DNA from: Myxococcales bacterium
Lineage (GTDB): Bacteria; Myxococcota_A; Polyangia; Polyangiales; Ga0077539
Length of the DNA: 64,000 bases
Direction of reading: 5' to 3'
NCBI GenBank assembly: GCA_013298625.1
Contig: JAAFIF010000032.1
Coordinates: forward strand, 17,329 to 81,328
Below, in pieces: positions 17,447 to 26,377 of the stretch. The position numbers and the translations under genes were made by a program. The notes below the pieces were generated by a model. That model saw nothing but the letters and a program-made list of their open reading frames with translations. It was not told the origin of the DNA and made no database searches. Every line of letters starts with the position of its first letter. The stretch's first letter is position 1.

Positions 17447-18469
17447 CTAAGAGCAGCTCGTCATCGACGAGGTCACCGCCAGCGGAGCGCCCATCGCGAC
17501 GCCCTCGCAGCTCGTCAGCTGCGCCGTCGTCGGGTCGCCCAGGTCGCTGACGTTGACGCGCAGCGCGCACGCCCCGCGGATCGGCGCGCTGAAGCGAAAC
17601 AACAGCGCGCGCTCGAACGCGTGCCGCGCGTAGATCGCCGCCATGTCGTCGTACGCGCTCACGTCCACCGCGACGCCGTCGAGCGCCCCGCGCAGCCGAA
17701 CGGGCGCTGAGAAGCCGAAGCCCGGCATCGCCTGCCAGTAGTGCTCGTCCATCCGAAGCGAGCCCGCGGCGCCGAACGCGAGCGTCGTGCAGCGGTTGGC
17801 CGCGAGCGCGCAGCTCGCGTACAAGCGCGACGTTCCGCGCACAATGTTGACGCCGCGATAGTGCGCGTCCTGCGCGGTCGCGCGGAGGTTGGCCGTCGCT
17901 CCTTCGGCCGCGGTGCGGTTGATCCGCAGCGCCAGCGGCTCGGCCCCGAGCATGAACGTCGCTTCGACGTTGGGCCCGTCCGGCGTCGACCCGATGCCCG
18001 AGCCTTCAGACGTCTGAACGCGCGCGCTCGCCGTCGCTGCGCCCGCCGCCACGCCGCGGTCTTCGACGCACATGGGAAGCAAAAATGCTCGGTCTTCGCT
18101 CGCCGTCGGCAGCGCGTGCGAGCCCGCCGCGATCGTGATCGTGCTCTTCTGCGCGAAGGCCTCGCGCAAGAGCCGCTCTTTCATCGCCGCCTGCGACTCG
18201 CCCGGGTTCGACGCCCACTGACGCGCGGGGTACGCGCACAGCCGCGCGCCCGGCTCGACCGCGAGACGAGCGGTCCACGCGGCGCTTCCCTGGTACTGCG
18301 AGCACGGGCCGCCGTCGGGCACAGCTGCGTCGGGCGCGCTCGAGTCCATCACCACAGCGCCGCCGTCCGAAGGAGCCGCGCTGTCCGGCGCGGCGTCGGC
18401 CATCGGGTTGGAGGGCGCGCACGCGGCGAGCAGCGCGGCGATCGATAGCGAGAACACACTGGTTTTCAT
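17447..18469 (-). CDS. lipoprotein, paralogue of 16342..17424
   Basis: MKTSVFSLSIAALLAAC lipobox. It shares with the neighbour CSQYQGSAAWTARLAVEPGARLCA, RAFLLPMCVED, YASCAL.ANRC and RLRGALDGVAVDV. Confidence 0.7.
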   Translation of the reverse strand: MKTSVFSLSIAALLAACAPSNPMADAAPDSAAPSDGGAVVMDSSAPDAAVPDGGPCSQYQGSAAWTARLAVEPGARLCAYPARQWASNPGESQAAMKERLLREAFAQKSTITIAAGSHALPTASEDRAFLLPMCVEDRGVAAGAATASARVQTSEGSGIGSTPDGPNVEATFMLGAEPLALRINRTAAEGATANLRATAQDAHYRGVNIVRGTSRLYASCALAANRCTTLAFGAAGSLRMDEHYWQAMPGFGFSAPVRLRGALDGVAVDVSAYDDMAAIYARHAFERALLFRFSAPIRGACALRVNVSDLGDPTTAQLTSCEGVAMGAPLAVTSSMTSCS

Positions 18470-18478
18470 GGGATGGAT

Positions 18479-20665
18479 TCACCCTCCGAGGTACGGGCGC
18501 GCCTGCTTGAACAGCGGGACGCCGTCGGACGTCACGTCGATCTCGACGTCGAGCCGCAGCGGGCTGAGCGTCGGGTAGACCCGGGTCGCGAAGTGGTCGT
18601 GCAAGCGCATGAGCAGCGCGGCGACCTGGGCGCGCTCGCTCTCGCTCCACAGGTCCATCATCGGCGACTCGCTCGATCGCTGCGAGACCGAGAACATCGT
18701 CGCCGTCGAGCCCTCGCGCACGAAGGTCATCGTCTCGGCGACGGCGCTGGGGATCTCTGGACGCACCACGCCGATCTCGCCGAGCTGCGAGACGAGCCGG
18801 TAGAGCCCCGCGCTCGCGCCGCTGTGCGCGAGGTTGGTGAGGGCGACGGTCTCGCGGCGCTCGAGCACCATCGTGGGCATCACGGCGACGCCCATGAACA
18901 CTTGCCGGTGATCGATCCCGTAGAACTCGCGCTCGTCGAAGGCCCGGGTGTTCCAGAGCGAACGCCAGACTTTTCGCAGGGCGTCCGCGACGGTCTTCTC
19001 TTCGGTGAGGTCCTCTTCGAGGTCGGCGACGAGCGGCGCGAGGTACGTTCGATCGGGATTGGCCGCGAGCTGCGCCCGGTAGTCCGCGAGCCGCGCTTCG
19101 AGCGCCGCCCGGTGCGTCGCCGTGAGGCAGCGCGAGGGGCCGACGTCGTCCGAGTCGAGGTCGTCCGCGAGGCACCCCGTGCGCGAGTCGTACAAGCCCG
19201 CGCCGCTGAACTGCTCGAGGTCCTCGGCGTTGGTGCTGCTGCGAAAGCGAACGAACATCGTGTCCGCGCCGGCGCCCCACGTGCTGCGGATGCGCGCGGC
19301 GATCGCGTCGCGCAGCCCCGGCGCCAGCGGCGCCCTGCGGATCGCGGTCTGCACCATGGCCAATCGCTGCGCGAGCGCCGCGCGGTCCGAGCGGAGGCCC
19401 GCGTCACCCACGAGCGCGTCGATCGAGCCCTGGAGGTTGTTGCGGCGGATGTGATCGGCGTACGTCGCGAAGGGGATCGCGAAGCCGTCGCTGCGAAAGG
19501 GAGCCTCGAGCGCGTCGTAGATCTCTCCGAGGTTCGCGGCCTTCGCGCCGTAGGCGATGGCGTCGCCGTGGCCGAGCTCGGCGAAGGGCGCGAGCGCGGT
19601 GATGGAGAGGTCCGAGCGCGGAGGGCTCAGCGGCGGCTGCAGCGCGCGCCAGAAGCACGTCGCGGCGTCGAGCGTGGCGCGCTCGAGGGTGATCTCGCCG
19701 CGCTCGCTGACGACCATGCGCACCAGCGCTCCTTCGAGCGCGCGGAGCTGCGCGGCGTCGCGCGCGGTGGACCAGCGCAGGTTGGGAAGGCGCTTCTCGC
19801 GCATACGCAGGTTGAGGTGACTGCCGAAGCTCTGCGGAAACGTGGTGATGAGCGCCGAGACGATGGAGATCTCTTCGTGCGCGGCGTCCGCGACGAGGAT
19901 GTCCCTCGCGCCGTAGTCCGCGACGGGCTGGCCGGGCGCGATGGTGTGGACGTAGCCGTACGTTTCTCCGGGCGAATACACTTCGATCGCGCCAGAGAGC
20001 GAGGCGCGCTCGGCGACGGTGACGCCCGCGGCGGCGAGGGCGGCGCGCTCGCGCAGGAGCCAGGCTTCTTGCGCGGGGTCGACGCCGACGAGGACGAGGT
20101 CGCTCGCTGGCCAACGGACGCACTGCCGCAAGCGCTGGTCGAACGCGGCCCACGCGGCGACGGTGTCCGGCGCTTCGTCGCTGGAGACCGAGAGGGTGTA
20201 CGCGAGGACGCCGAGCGTTCTGTCGGGGTGCGTGGCGCCGGGAAACCAGTAGAGCGAGCCCGGGGCCATCGTGCGCGTGGCGCGGCGCTCGGTGGCCATG
20301 GCGTAGTCCGCGGTCGAGTACGACTCGAGCCCTGGCAGCGAGCGCAGAAACTGAATGTGAAACGGAAACCGCGCGCTCTGCGAGAACACGCAATCGTTGC
20401 CCGCGAGCGGCCCCGGCAGCGCGCCGGTGTCCGCGCGCAGCAAGAACTTCACCTCGCGCTGAGCGCTCTCGAGCGCAGCGAAATCCGAGGCAGATTGCAG
20501 CGCAAACGAGTGCGACACCGACGCGTCCGACGGCGCGTCCGAGGGAGCGCTCGCGTCGGGCCGGGTGTAGTGCGAGCAGTCCGGCGCGTACGGGGGCGTC
20601 GGGGCGGCGCACGCCGAGAGCGCGAGGAGCACGAGCGAGCAAAGCGCGACGATGAGGCGAAGCAA
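18479..20665 (-). CDS. lipoprotein with PEP/pyruvate-binding (PPDK_N, ATP-grasp-like) domain
   Basis: TTG start with lipobox (MLRLIVALCSLVLLALSAC). The PPDK_N signatures YGAKAANLGEI and VRFRSSTNAEDLEQFSGAGLYDS lie in the C-terminal half. The N-terminal 350 aa or so are unassigned. Confidence 0.75.
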   Translation of the reverse strand: MLRLIVALCSLVLLALSACAAPTPPYAPDCSHYTRPDASAPSDAPSDASVSHSFALQSASDFAALESAQREVKFLLRADTGALPGPLAGNDCVFSQSARFPFHIQFLRSLPGLESYSTADYAMATERRATRTMAPGSLYWFPGATHPDRTLGVLAYTLSVSSDEAPDTVAAWAAFDQRLRQCVRWPASDLVLVGVDPAQEAWLLRERAALAAAGVTVAERASLSGAIEVYSPGETYGYVHTIAPGQPVADYGARDILVADAAHEEISIVSALITTFPQSFGSHLNLRMREKRLPNLRWSTARDAAQLRALEGALVRMVVSERGEITLERATLDAATCFWRALQPPLSPPRSDLSITALAPFAELGHGDAIAYGAKAANLGEIYDALEAPFRSDGFAIPFATYADHIRRNNLQGSIDALVGDAGLRSDRAALAQRLAMVQTAIRRAPLAPGLRDAIAARIRSTWGAGADTMFVRFRSSTNAEDLEQFSGAGLYDSRTGCLADDLDSDDVGPSRCLTATHRAALEARLADYRAQLAANPDRTYLAPLVADLEEDLTEEKTVADALRKVWRSLWNTRAFDEREFYGIDHRQVFMGVAVMPTMVLERRETVALTNLAHSGASAGLYRLVSQLGEIGVVRPEIPSAVAETMTFVREGSTATMFSVSQRSSESPMMDLWSESERAQVAALLMRLHDHFATRVYPTLSPLRLDVEIDVTSDGVPLFKQARPYLGG

Positions 20666-20738
20666 GGCGGTGATGTGCCGTTGGGTGCGACGCTCCCTTC
20701 GCTTCTGTGACGAAATCGTCCCGCGCTTGCGGAGACGG

Positions 20739-21899
20739 TCACAAGTAGCTCAGCCACCAGTCGCGGCGACGCTGTTTGAGCGCAGAGAACCAGCGACACG
20801 CGGGGTAGAGCGCGAGCAGCACGAGGACCCAGACGAGGTAGACCGCGGAGAGAGGGAGGCCTGTTCCTCGGCCCGAGGTGACCGCGGATTGGATCGCCGC
20901 GACGCCCCCGCGCGCGAGCAGGTACAGCCCCGCCGAGAGCTGCAGCATGGGCAAGTGCAGCACATAAAAGAACAGCGGAACGCGCCCAAACTTCTCGAGC
21001 CGATCCCCGACCGCGCTCGTCGGCGACGACCACACCCCGAGCAACACCAGCACGGGTCCGACCGTCATGAGCAAGAACGCCAGCGACGGCGGGTACTTCG
21101 TCACGTTGAGCGCCGAGAGCGCGGTGAAGCCCGCCCTCGCCTGCGCGGTCCACGGCGCCGGATCTCCGTACACGTTGCTGAGCCGCAGCGCGGCGAAGGC
21201 CGCGACACACCCCGCGCCGAGCGCGATCAAGCTGCGATTTCGCTGACGATCTGGACGTTCGAACACCGGGCCGAGCGCGTAGCCGAGCGCCATCAAGCCG
21301 ATCCACGGCAAGAGCGGATAGAGCACGAACACGCGCACGCCGCCGACGTTGAACCGACGCGAGACGTGCAGGATGGACCAGAGGGCAGAGCTCCACTCGA
21401 CGCGATCGAGCGCGTTGTGCCCGGCGCACAAGAGCGCTCCGACGACAGCGATCGCCCAGCGAGGGAGCCATCGCAGCGCGGCCAGCGCCACCATCGAGCA
21501 CCCGAGCGCCCAGATCACCTGCAGAGTCACCCGCGGGGTGTGCACGGCGAAGCTCCACCCGGCGCGCACGACGGTGAGCTCGAGCACGATCAGCCACAGC
21601 CCGCGCGTGAGCAGAAAGCGCGACGAGGCCGCGCCCGAAGCGAGCTTTCGCTCGTGCAGATACGCGGACACGCCGGCGAGCAGGACGAACGTCGGCGCGC
21701 AAAAGTGCGTGATCCACCGCGTGAAGAACAGCGCGGCGCTGGCGCGGGCGAGGTCCGTCGGCCGCACGCTCCAATCGCCGAAGAAGTCTCGCGTGTGATC
21801 GAGCGCCATCAGCGCCATCACCAGGCCGCGCACGCGGTCCAGCGAAGAGAGCCTCGGGCGCGCAGGGGAGTCGCTCGCGGGGTCGGTCCCTTCGGTCAC
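20739..21899 (-). CDS. DUF1624-family (heparan-alpha-glucosaminide N-acetyltransferase-like) membrane protein
   Basis: Proposed GTG 21899 start, in the frame of ORF 20739..22103. RLSSLDRVRGLVMALMALDHTRDFF and FFTRWITHFCAPTFVLLAGVS are typical of DUF1624. There are about 9 TM segments. Confidence 0.8.
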   Translation of the reverse strand: MTEGTDPASDSPARPRLSSLDRVRGLVMALMALDHTRDFFGDWSVRPTDLARASAALFFTRWITHFCAPTFVLLAGVSAYLHERKLASGAASSRFLLTRGLWLIVLELTVVRAGWSFAVHTPRVTLQVIWALGCSMVALAALRWLPRWAIAVVGALLCAGHNALDRVEWSSALWSILHVSRRFNVGGVRVFVLYPLLPWIGLMALGYALGPVFERPDRQRNRSLIALGAGCVAAFAALRLSNVYGDPAPWTAQARAGFTALSALNVTKYPPSLAFLLMTVGPVLVLLGVWSSPTSAVGDRLEKFGRVPLFFYVLHLPMLQLSAGLYLLARGGVAAIQSAVTSGRGTGLPLSAVYLVWVLVLLALYPACRWFSALKQRRRDWWLSYL

Positions 21900-22003
21900 C
21901 GCGCGAGTGTATGCAACGGGGGCGCGCTTACAACGTCTGACGTCGCTCGCGAATCGGACAGACAGTTTACGGCCTATTTCGCGTTCAGACAGCGCCCGAA
22001 CTG

Positions 22004-22050
22004 CAACGGCGGCCCCGCTCGACAGACCGCCGTTGGATGTCCTATCCCCC
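22004..22050. repeat. hairpin repeat, copy E1
   Basis: caacggcgg (22004-22012) pairs with ccgccgttg (22027-22035), followed by gatgtcctatccccc. The same stem and tail recur at 27062-27111 and 28951-29000. It lies 105 nt upstream of the DUF1624 start. Confidence 0.75.
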
Positions 22051-22124
22051 GATCGTCGACCCACTCGGCGTCGAGCCCCTCTTCGCGCAGCGCGCGCACG
22101 CACCGCTCAGCGTCCCGAGACAGT

Positions 22125-22358
22125 ATGCTCGTCGCGTTCGTGATCGAGACGCAGCGCTCGATCGCCGTGTGCGCGCCCGATGGCAGTGACTTCACCCAAT
22201 GGCTCGCAGTGGACGCCAGCGATCCGCTCGACACGATGAGCGCTGTCGCTATCGCGCCCGACGCGTCCCGCATCGCCGTCGGCACCGCGCGCGGAACGAT
22301 CCACATCTTCCGTCGCCCCACCTCTGCGGCCCAGTCCTCCGCCCCAGCGCTCACATGA
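22125..22358 (+). CDS. small hypothetical protein with a WD40-like blade
   Basis: ATG 22125. The stop overlaps the next ATG (ATGA at 22355-22358). Sequence MLVAFVIETQRSIAVCAPDGSDFTQWLAVD...IAPDASRIAVGTARGTIHIF. It could instead be a gene remnant. Confidence 0.4.
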   Translation: MLVAFVIETQRSIAVCAPDGSDFTQWLAVDASDPLDTMSAVAIAPDASRIAVGTARGTIHIFRRPTSAAQSSAPALT

Positions 22359-23692
22359 ACCTCGCCGACAGCCTCTACCCCGCGCTCGAATCAGCCCTCG
22401 CGCACCGCGACTCCGCAGCGCAATTGCTGCTCGCGCAGGTCCCCTTTCTCGGCGAGCCCGCCGCGGTCGCGCTCGTTCGCGCGCTCGTCGCCCAACGCCC
22501 CGATCTCTCGCTGAACGCGAGCGCGCTCTCGCAGTGGTGCGCTCCCGCCCGCGAGGCCGCGATCGCGCACGTCCTCTCCAAGCCCCGAGGTCGCAACCGC
22601 ATCGAGTCGATGCTCGCGCTCGAGGCCCTGCTCCCGCGCGAACACCACGTTGAAGCGCTCGAAGGAATCCTCGACGGGACCGCGCCCGAGTACGATTCTC
22701 ACTCGGGGCCTGTGAGCTATCTCTCGCTGCACGAAGCCTTCGTCCGAACGCTCGACGTCGCGCTCAAGGAGCGCTGGATCGCGTTTCGCACGGACAAGTT
22801 TCGCAACGCCCCGCTGGCCACCGAGATGGAGTCCCGCAACGCGGTCCACCACTGGCCCTCTGACGCCATCACCCGCTGTTGGAATGCCGTCCAATCCCGC
22901 ACCTCGCCCATCGGCGTGCTGCCCTCTGAGTCGATTCACATCTTCCGCTCGCTGCCTTCGCACCTGCTCGACGAAGCCCTCGCGATCCTGCGCGAACGCG
23001 CCTCACTCGACGAGCGCCGCTTCCTCTTCGCGTTCTTCCCCACCGACAAGCTCACCGACGAAGAGCGCGAGGACACCGTCGCCGTCCCATGGAACCCATA
23101 CACACGCGAAGACGACCGCACCTTCGCCGATCACCTGGACTGCGTTCGCCATCACTTCTCCCGCGTTTCTTCAGCGTTGAAGTCGCGCCTGATCGAGCGC
23201 GCCAGGCGCCTCCCCGAGCCCTACGACCGTCACTGCGCGCTCGCTCACATCGTCCGCGTCGTCGACGCGCACGAGCGCGCACGCATCACGCACGAGCTCG
23301 CCGAGCTCACGATCTCTGAAGCCTTCTGGCCGACCGGCGAAGACCGCTTCGAGTTCTTCGACGCGCCGACGCTCGCCCGCATCGTCTCGCACCCCGCGAT
23401 GCGCAAACGCCCCTCTGTCCTCACGGGCTTCATCACAGAAGCGCTGCATCGCGAGCCGCACGAACAGGACGCCATCATCGAAGCAGCGCTCGACAACATC
23501 GTCGCGCTCGCGCTGGACGACCGCGATCGCCGAAGGCGCGACGCCATCGCCGAAGCCACGATCGACGGCGTCGTTTGGTGGGTCCCCGTCGAGGACATCA
23601 CCGAACCGCTCTGCGCCGCGAGTCCGTGGTTCGCACGACGATCCAACGCAGAAATCCCGCGATGGATCGCCACACACGCCCACGCGCTCTGA
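22355..23692 (+). CDS. hypothetical helical-repeat protein
   Basis: ATG 22355 lies in the frame of ORF 22199..23692. It is 445 aa with normal composition. I recognised no family. Confidence 0.65.
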   Translation: MNLADSLYPALESALAHRDSAAQLLLAQVPFLGEPAAVALVRALVAQRPDLSLNASALSQWCAPAREAAIAHVLSKPRGRNRIESMLALEALLPREHHVEALEGILDGTAPEYDSHSGPVSYLSLHEAFVRTLDVALKERWIAFRTDKFRNAPLATEMESRNAVHHWPSDAITRCWNAVQSRTSPIGVLPSESIHIFRSLPSHLLDEALAILRERASLDERRFLFAFFPTDKLTDEEREDTVAVPWNPYTREDDRTFADHLDCVRHHFSRVSSALKSRLIERARRLPEPYDRHCALAHIVRVVDAHERARITHELAELTISEAFWPTGEDRFEFFDAPTLARIVSHPAMRKRPSVLTGFITEALHREPHEQDAIIEAALDNIVALALDDRDRRRRDAIAEATIDGVVWWVPVEDITEPLCAASPWFARRSNAEIPRWIATHAHAL

Positions 23693-24195
23693 CGCCTGTT
23701 CGCTCGTCGCGCTCGCGCCCCCTCCGCGGACCCACTCGCTCTTCGAGCCCTCGATGCCGATCCGCGCGCGTTCACAACGTCAATGACCGGCGCGGGGCGT
23801 CTCGTTGGATCCCCTCCCGCTTCGTCTTTCCCCCAAACGGGCGCTGGGGCGCCGTCGCGACGAGGCTCGGACACATCCAGCCCTCTGAGCGGTCTCGAGG
23901 CACACCGTGAAGTCCCCACGCCGCGACGCTGCGATGCCGAGACCCACCTGACAACGAGGTGCCAACACGGCCCGTCGTTCGTCGGATGCCAGCGCTTCGG
24001 CGACTCGTTGAACCTGAACGTTCGCTTTCACGGCGTCTTCGCTACATAACGCGTCCCGCGGTGGCGACGGACCGCGTGACGGAGTTGGCCGATGGTCGTG
24101 TCGCGTGCTGAAGCAGCCGGGCGGCCGAGGCGAGACGCATCGGGTGATGGAGCCGATGGAGTGCGCCTCCCTCCTCTCGCGACGAGCGAGCGTGC

Positions 24196-24223
24196 CCCGA
24201 GGAGAGAGCTCGCCTCGGGTTTC
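24196..24223 (+). terminator. terminator-like hairpin
   Basis: cccgagg (24196-24202) pairs with cctcggg (24213-24219) around a 10-nt loop, followed by tttcg. The T-tail fits plus-strand transcription only. Confidence 0.3.
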
Positions 24224-24241
24224 GACAGCGTCGAGTCGCGC

Positions 24242-25960
24242 TCAGTTCGCGGCCGAGCGGAGCGTGAGCGTCAGCCTCGCGTCGGCGCGCTCGAAGGAGA
24301 AAGACGCCCCGCGCGGGCCTTCGACGAAGAGCGAAGCCGGGTCTCGCTCGCGGGCGACGAGCGTTCCGACGGCGGGTCCCACGCGAGCGACGGGGCGCAG
24401 GGTGAGCGCCTCCAACGGCGCGCGCGTTGTGCAGAGCGCGATCGCGCGACGGTCCCCGATGTCGATCAGTCGCGCGAACCCTCCCTGCACCGCGCGGATC
24501 GCCGCCGTGAGCTCGCTGCCTCGCGGGCAACGGTCGCCGACGAGCGCGCACGCTGCTCGTTCCGCAGTGGTCGACGGAGTCAGCAGCGCGATCGACACGG
24601 GATGTTCGCTGTGCGCTGGGAGCGTCGCGAGCACCACCCGATCGATGCGAGCCGTCGCAGGCCACGGCGCGCCCGACGGACGCGCGGACTCGATCCGCGC
24701 GCGCAACGCAGCCACGAAGACGAGCGGCATCGCGACGAACATCGCTCCCCACCCTGCGTTCGCGCGCTCTCCGAGCAGCGTCGCTGAGTCGCGCGCGGGG
24801 CCGAAGCCATCGAGCCACGACGCGCGAAGGTCGATGTACTCCTGCGCTCCCACGACGGCGATCGAGGGCCCCTCTGCGAAGCTCGACGCGGTCGGCGCGA
24901 CCGTCGCGTCCGACCCCAGCTCGGACACGATCGTCGTGGTGCGAGACGAGGCGTCGCCGTTGACTCGGACGCTCGTTCGGACGAAGCGCGCTCCATCGCC
25001 CGCGAGCCGCGCAGCCGCTGCAGCTTCCCGAATTCCTTGGAGCACGAGGCGTTGACGAACAGCCGGCGCGAGCGCTGGGCCTTCGTCGGGGTGCCCCCAC
25101 GCGACCGCGCTCAATACGCTGACCATGCCCACGAGCAGCCCCTGGCGGCCCATCGCGCGCTCGTCGGTCTCGAGCGTCAACACTGCAGAGGACTCGCCGT
25201 CGTTCGCGCTCTCGTCGACCGCTCGAGGAATCGCCGCGAGCCTCGCGCGAGCGCGCTGCACGAGCGCGCGACGGTTCGCCTCGCTCTGGCATTCGACGTT
25301 GACCTCCTGCCACTCGTCGACGACGACGTAGCGACCCTCGACGTGAATGCGCGCGGTGGTTCCTGCCCTCGCCGACACCAACGTGTCCTGCGCTCCGCCC
25401 GCGGTCCACCGTCGCGCGAGGAGCGCGCTTCGAACCGCGCGAGACAGCTGCGCGGGGCGCGCTGTGGGGATCGCCGTGCGCCGCGCGAACCCTCCGGGAC
25501 GACAGTCGGTGAGCCAGTCGGACATGCGCTGGCCGAGCGCTCCGCCACCGGGCGCCGCCAACGCCGCACGGTCGGTTGTCGCAGGAATCTCCGCGGCAAT
25601 GTCTCGCGCGCGCACCGCGAACGCCTCGGCCCCTTCGTCGAGCGCGCCGACCCACATCCGGATGGGACGCGCGGGATCGACGCCCTCGATGAGCCCGTTG
25701 GCCGCACGAAAATCAATCAGCCCTGCGCCGAACGCGAGCGCGTTCCACCGATCGCGGACCGCGGCGTCGGGGCTCGCTCCGAGCGCGCGCGACAGAAAGA
25801 GCCGCGCTGTGGACGTCGGCTGCGCGAGCGGGTTTGCCGTCGCCGCGCTGGGCGTACGAGAACTCGCGGGGTCGCGCGGCGCTCGCTGCGCGTGCGCGCC
25901 CGCGCTGATCAACGACAGCAAACCTGCGAGCGCGATGGAGGTCTTCGACGTTGGTTTCAC
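24242..25960 (-). CDS. secreted hypothetical protein
   Basis: Proposed GTG 25960 start (VKPTSKTSIALAGLLSLISAGAHAQ signal peptide), in the frame of ORF 24242..26368. It is 572 aa with no recognised family. Confidence 0.65.
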   Translation of the reverse strand: MKPTSKTSIALAGLLSLISAGAHAQRAPRDPASSRTPSAATANPLAQPTSTARLFLSRALGASPDAAVRDRWNALAFGAGLIDFRAANGLIEGVDPARPIRMWVGALDEGAEAFAVRARDIAAEIPATTDRAALAAPGGGALGQRMSDWLTDCRPGGFARRTAIPTARPAQLSRAVRSALLARRWTAGGAQDTLVSARAGTTARIHVEGRYVVVDEWQEVNVECQSEANRRALVQRARARLAAIPRAVDESANDGESSAVLTLETDERAMGRQGLLVGMVSVLSAVAWGHPDEGPALAPAVRQRLVLQGIREAAAAARLAGDGARFVRTSVRVNGDASSRTTTIVSELGSDATVAPTASSFAEGPSIAVVGAQEYIDLRASWLDGFGPARDSATLLGERANAGWGAMFVAMPLVFVAALRARIESARPSGAPWPATARIDRVVLATLPAHSEHPVSIALLTPSTTAERAACALVGDRCPRGSELTAAIRAVQGGFARLIDIGDRRAIALCTTRAPLEALTLRPVARVGPAVGTLVARERDPASLFVEGPRGASFSFERADARLTLTLRSAAN

Positions 25961-26048
25961 CGTCGCCAGAGTACGTCTCGAGCGCGCGTCTCGTCGACCG
26001 TCGTGCGCCGCGGCGAACGCATCGTTCGGCCCCCCGCTCGTACGCGTG

Positions 26049-26300
26049 TCACCGCGCTGCGCGCACGGCGGCTTCGAGCGCGAACACGCGCAAGTCGCGA
26101 TCGCCCAATGACCGCAGCGCGTCGGCGAGAAGCAAGAGGTACGCGACGTTGCTTCCGTTGGGTCCGTGCGCGCGGAGGATCGTCGCCGCGATGTCCTCGT
26201 CACGCTCGTCGCCCGCGTCCCACACTTTGTCCCGGCGGAGCGATGTACACGTACGCGCTCGCGAGGGCGTCGTGCTCGAACGCGATCTCGACCGAGGAGC
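26049..26300 (-). pseudogene. chaC: ChaC-family gamma-glutamylcyclotransferase, 3' remnant with a frameshift
   Basis: The C-terminus DEDIAATILRAHGPNGSNVAYLLLLADALRSLGDRDLRVFALEAAV matches the conserved ChaC C-terminus (compare human CHAC1 EEAIATQILACRGFSGHNLEYLLRLADF). Upstream, SSVEIAFEHDALASAYVYIAPP is in another frame. The homology stops at the 74-nt repeat, so the N-terminal two-thirds are missing. Confidence 0.75.
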
Positions 26301-26301
26301 G

Positions 26302-26375
26302 CTAAACCAATACCGCGACGGTCGTCGTAGTTTTCTCTGTTCGCGGTCTTGGTTTGTCTGGATTTCAACCGCGCT
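26302..26375. repeat. 74-nt structured repeat, copy 2
   Basis: Same orientation as copy 1. The first 55 nt and last 14 nt are identical, and the 5 nt between differ (tctgg versus acttg). It sits exactly between the 5'-truncated chaC and Uma2 remnants. Confidence 0.85.
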
Positions 26376-26377
26376 GA

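Noticed and set aside
23780-24031. 83-aa minus-strand ORF (VKANVQVQRVAEALASDERRAVLA...) in the long convergent gap.
   Set aside because: Only the first 30 residues or so look protein-like and the rest is Arg/Ser/Gly-rich. Third-position GC is lower than in confirmed genes, and I recognised no motif.
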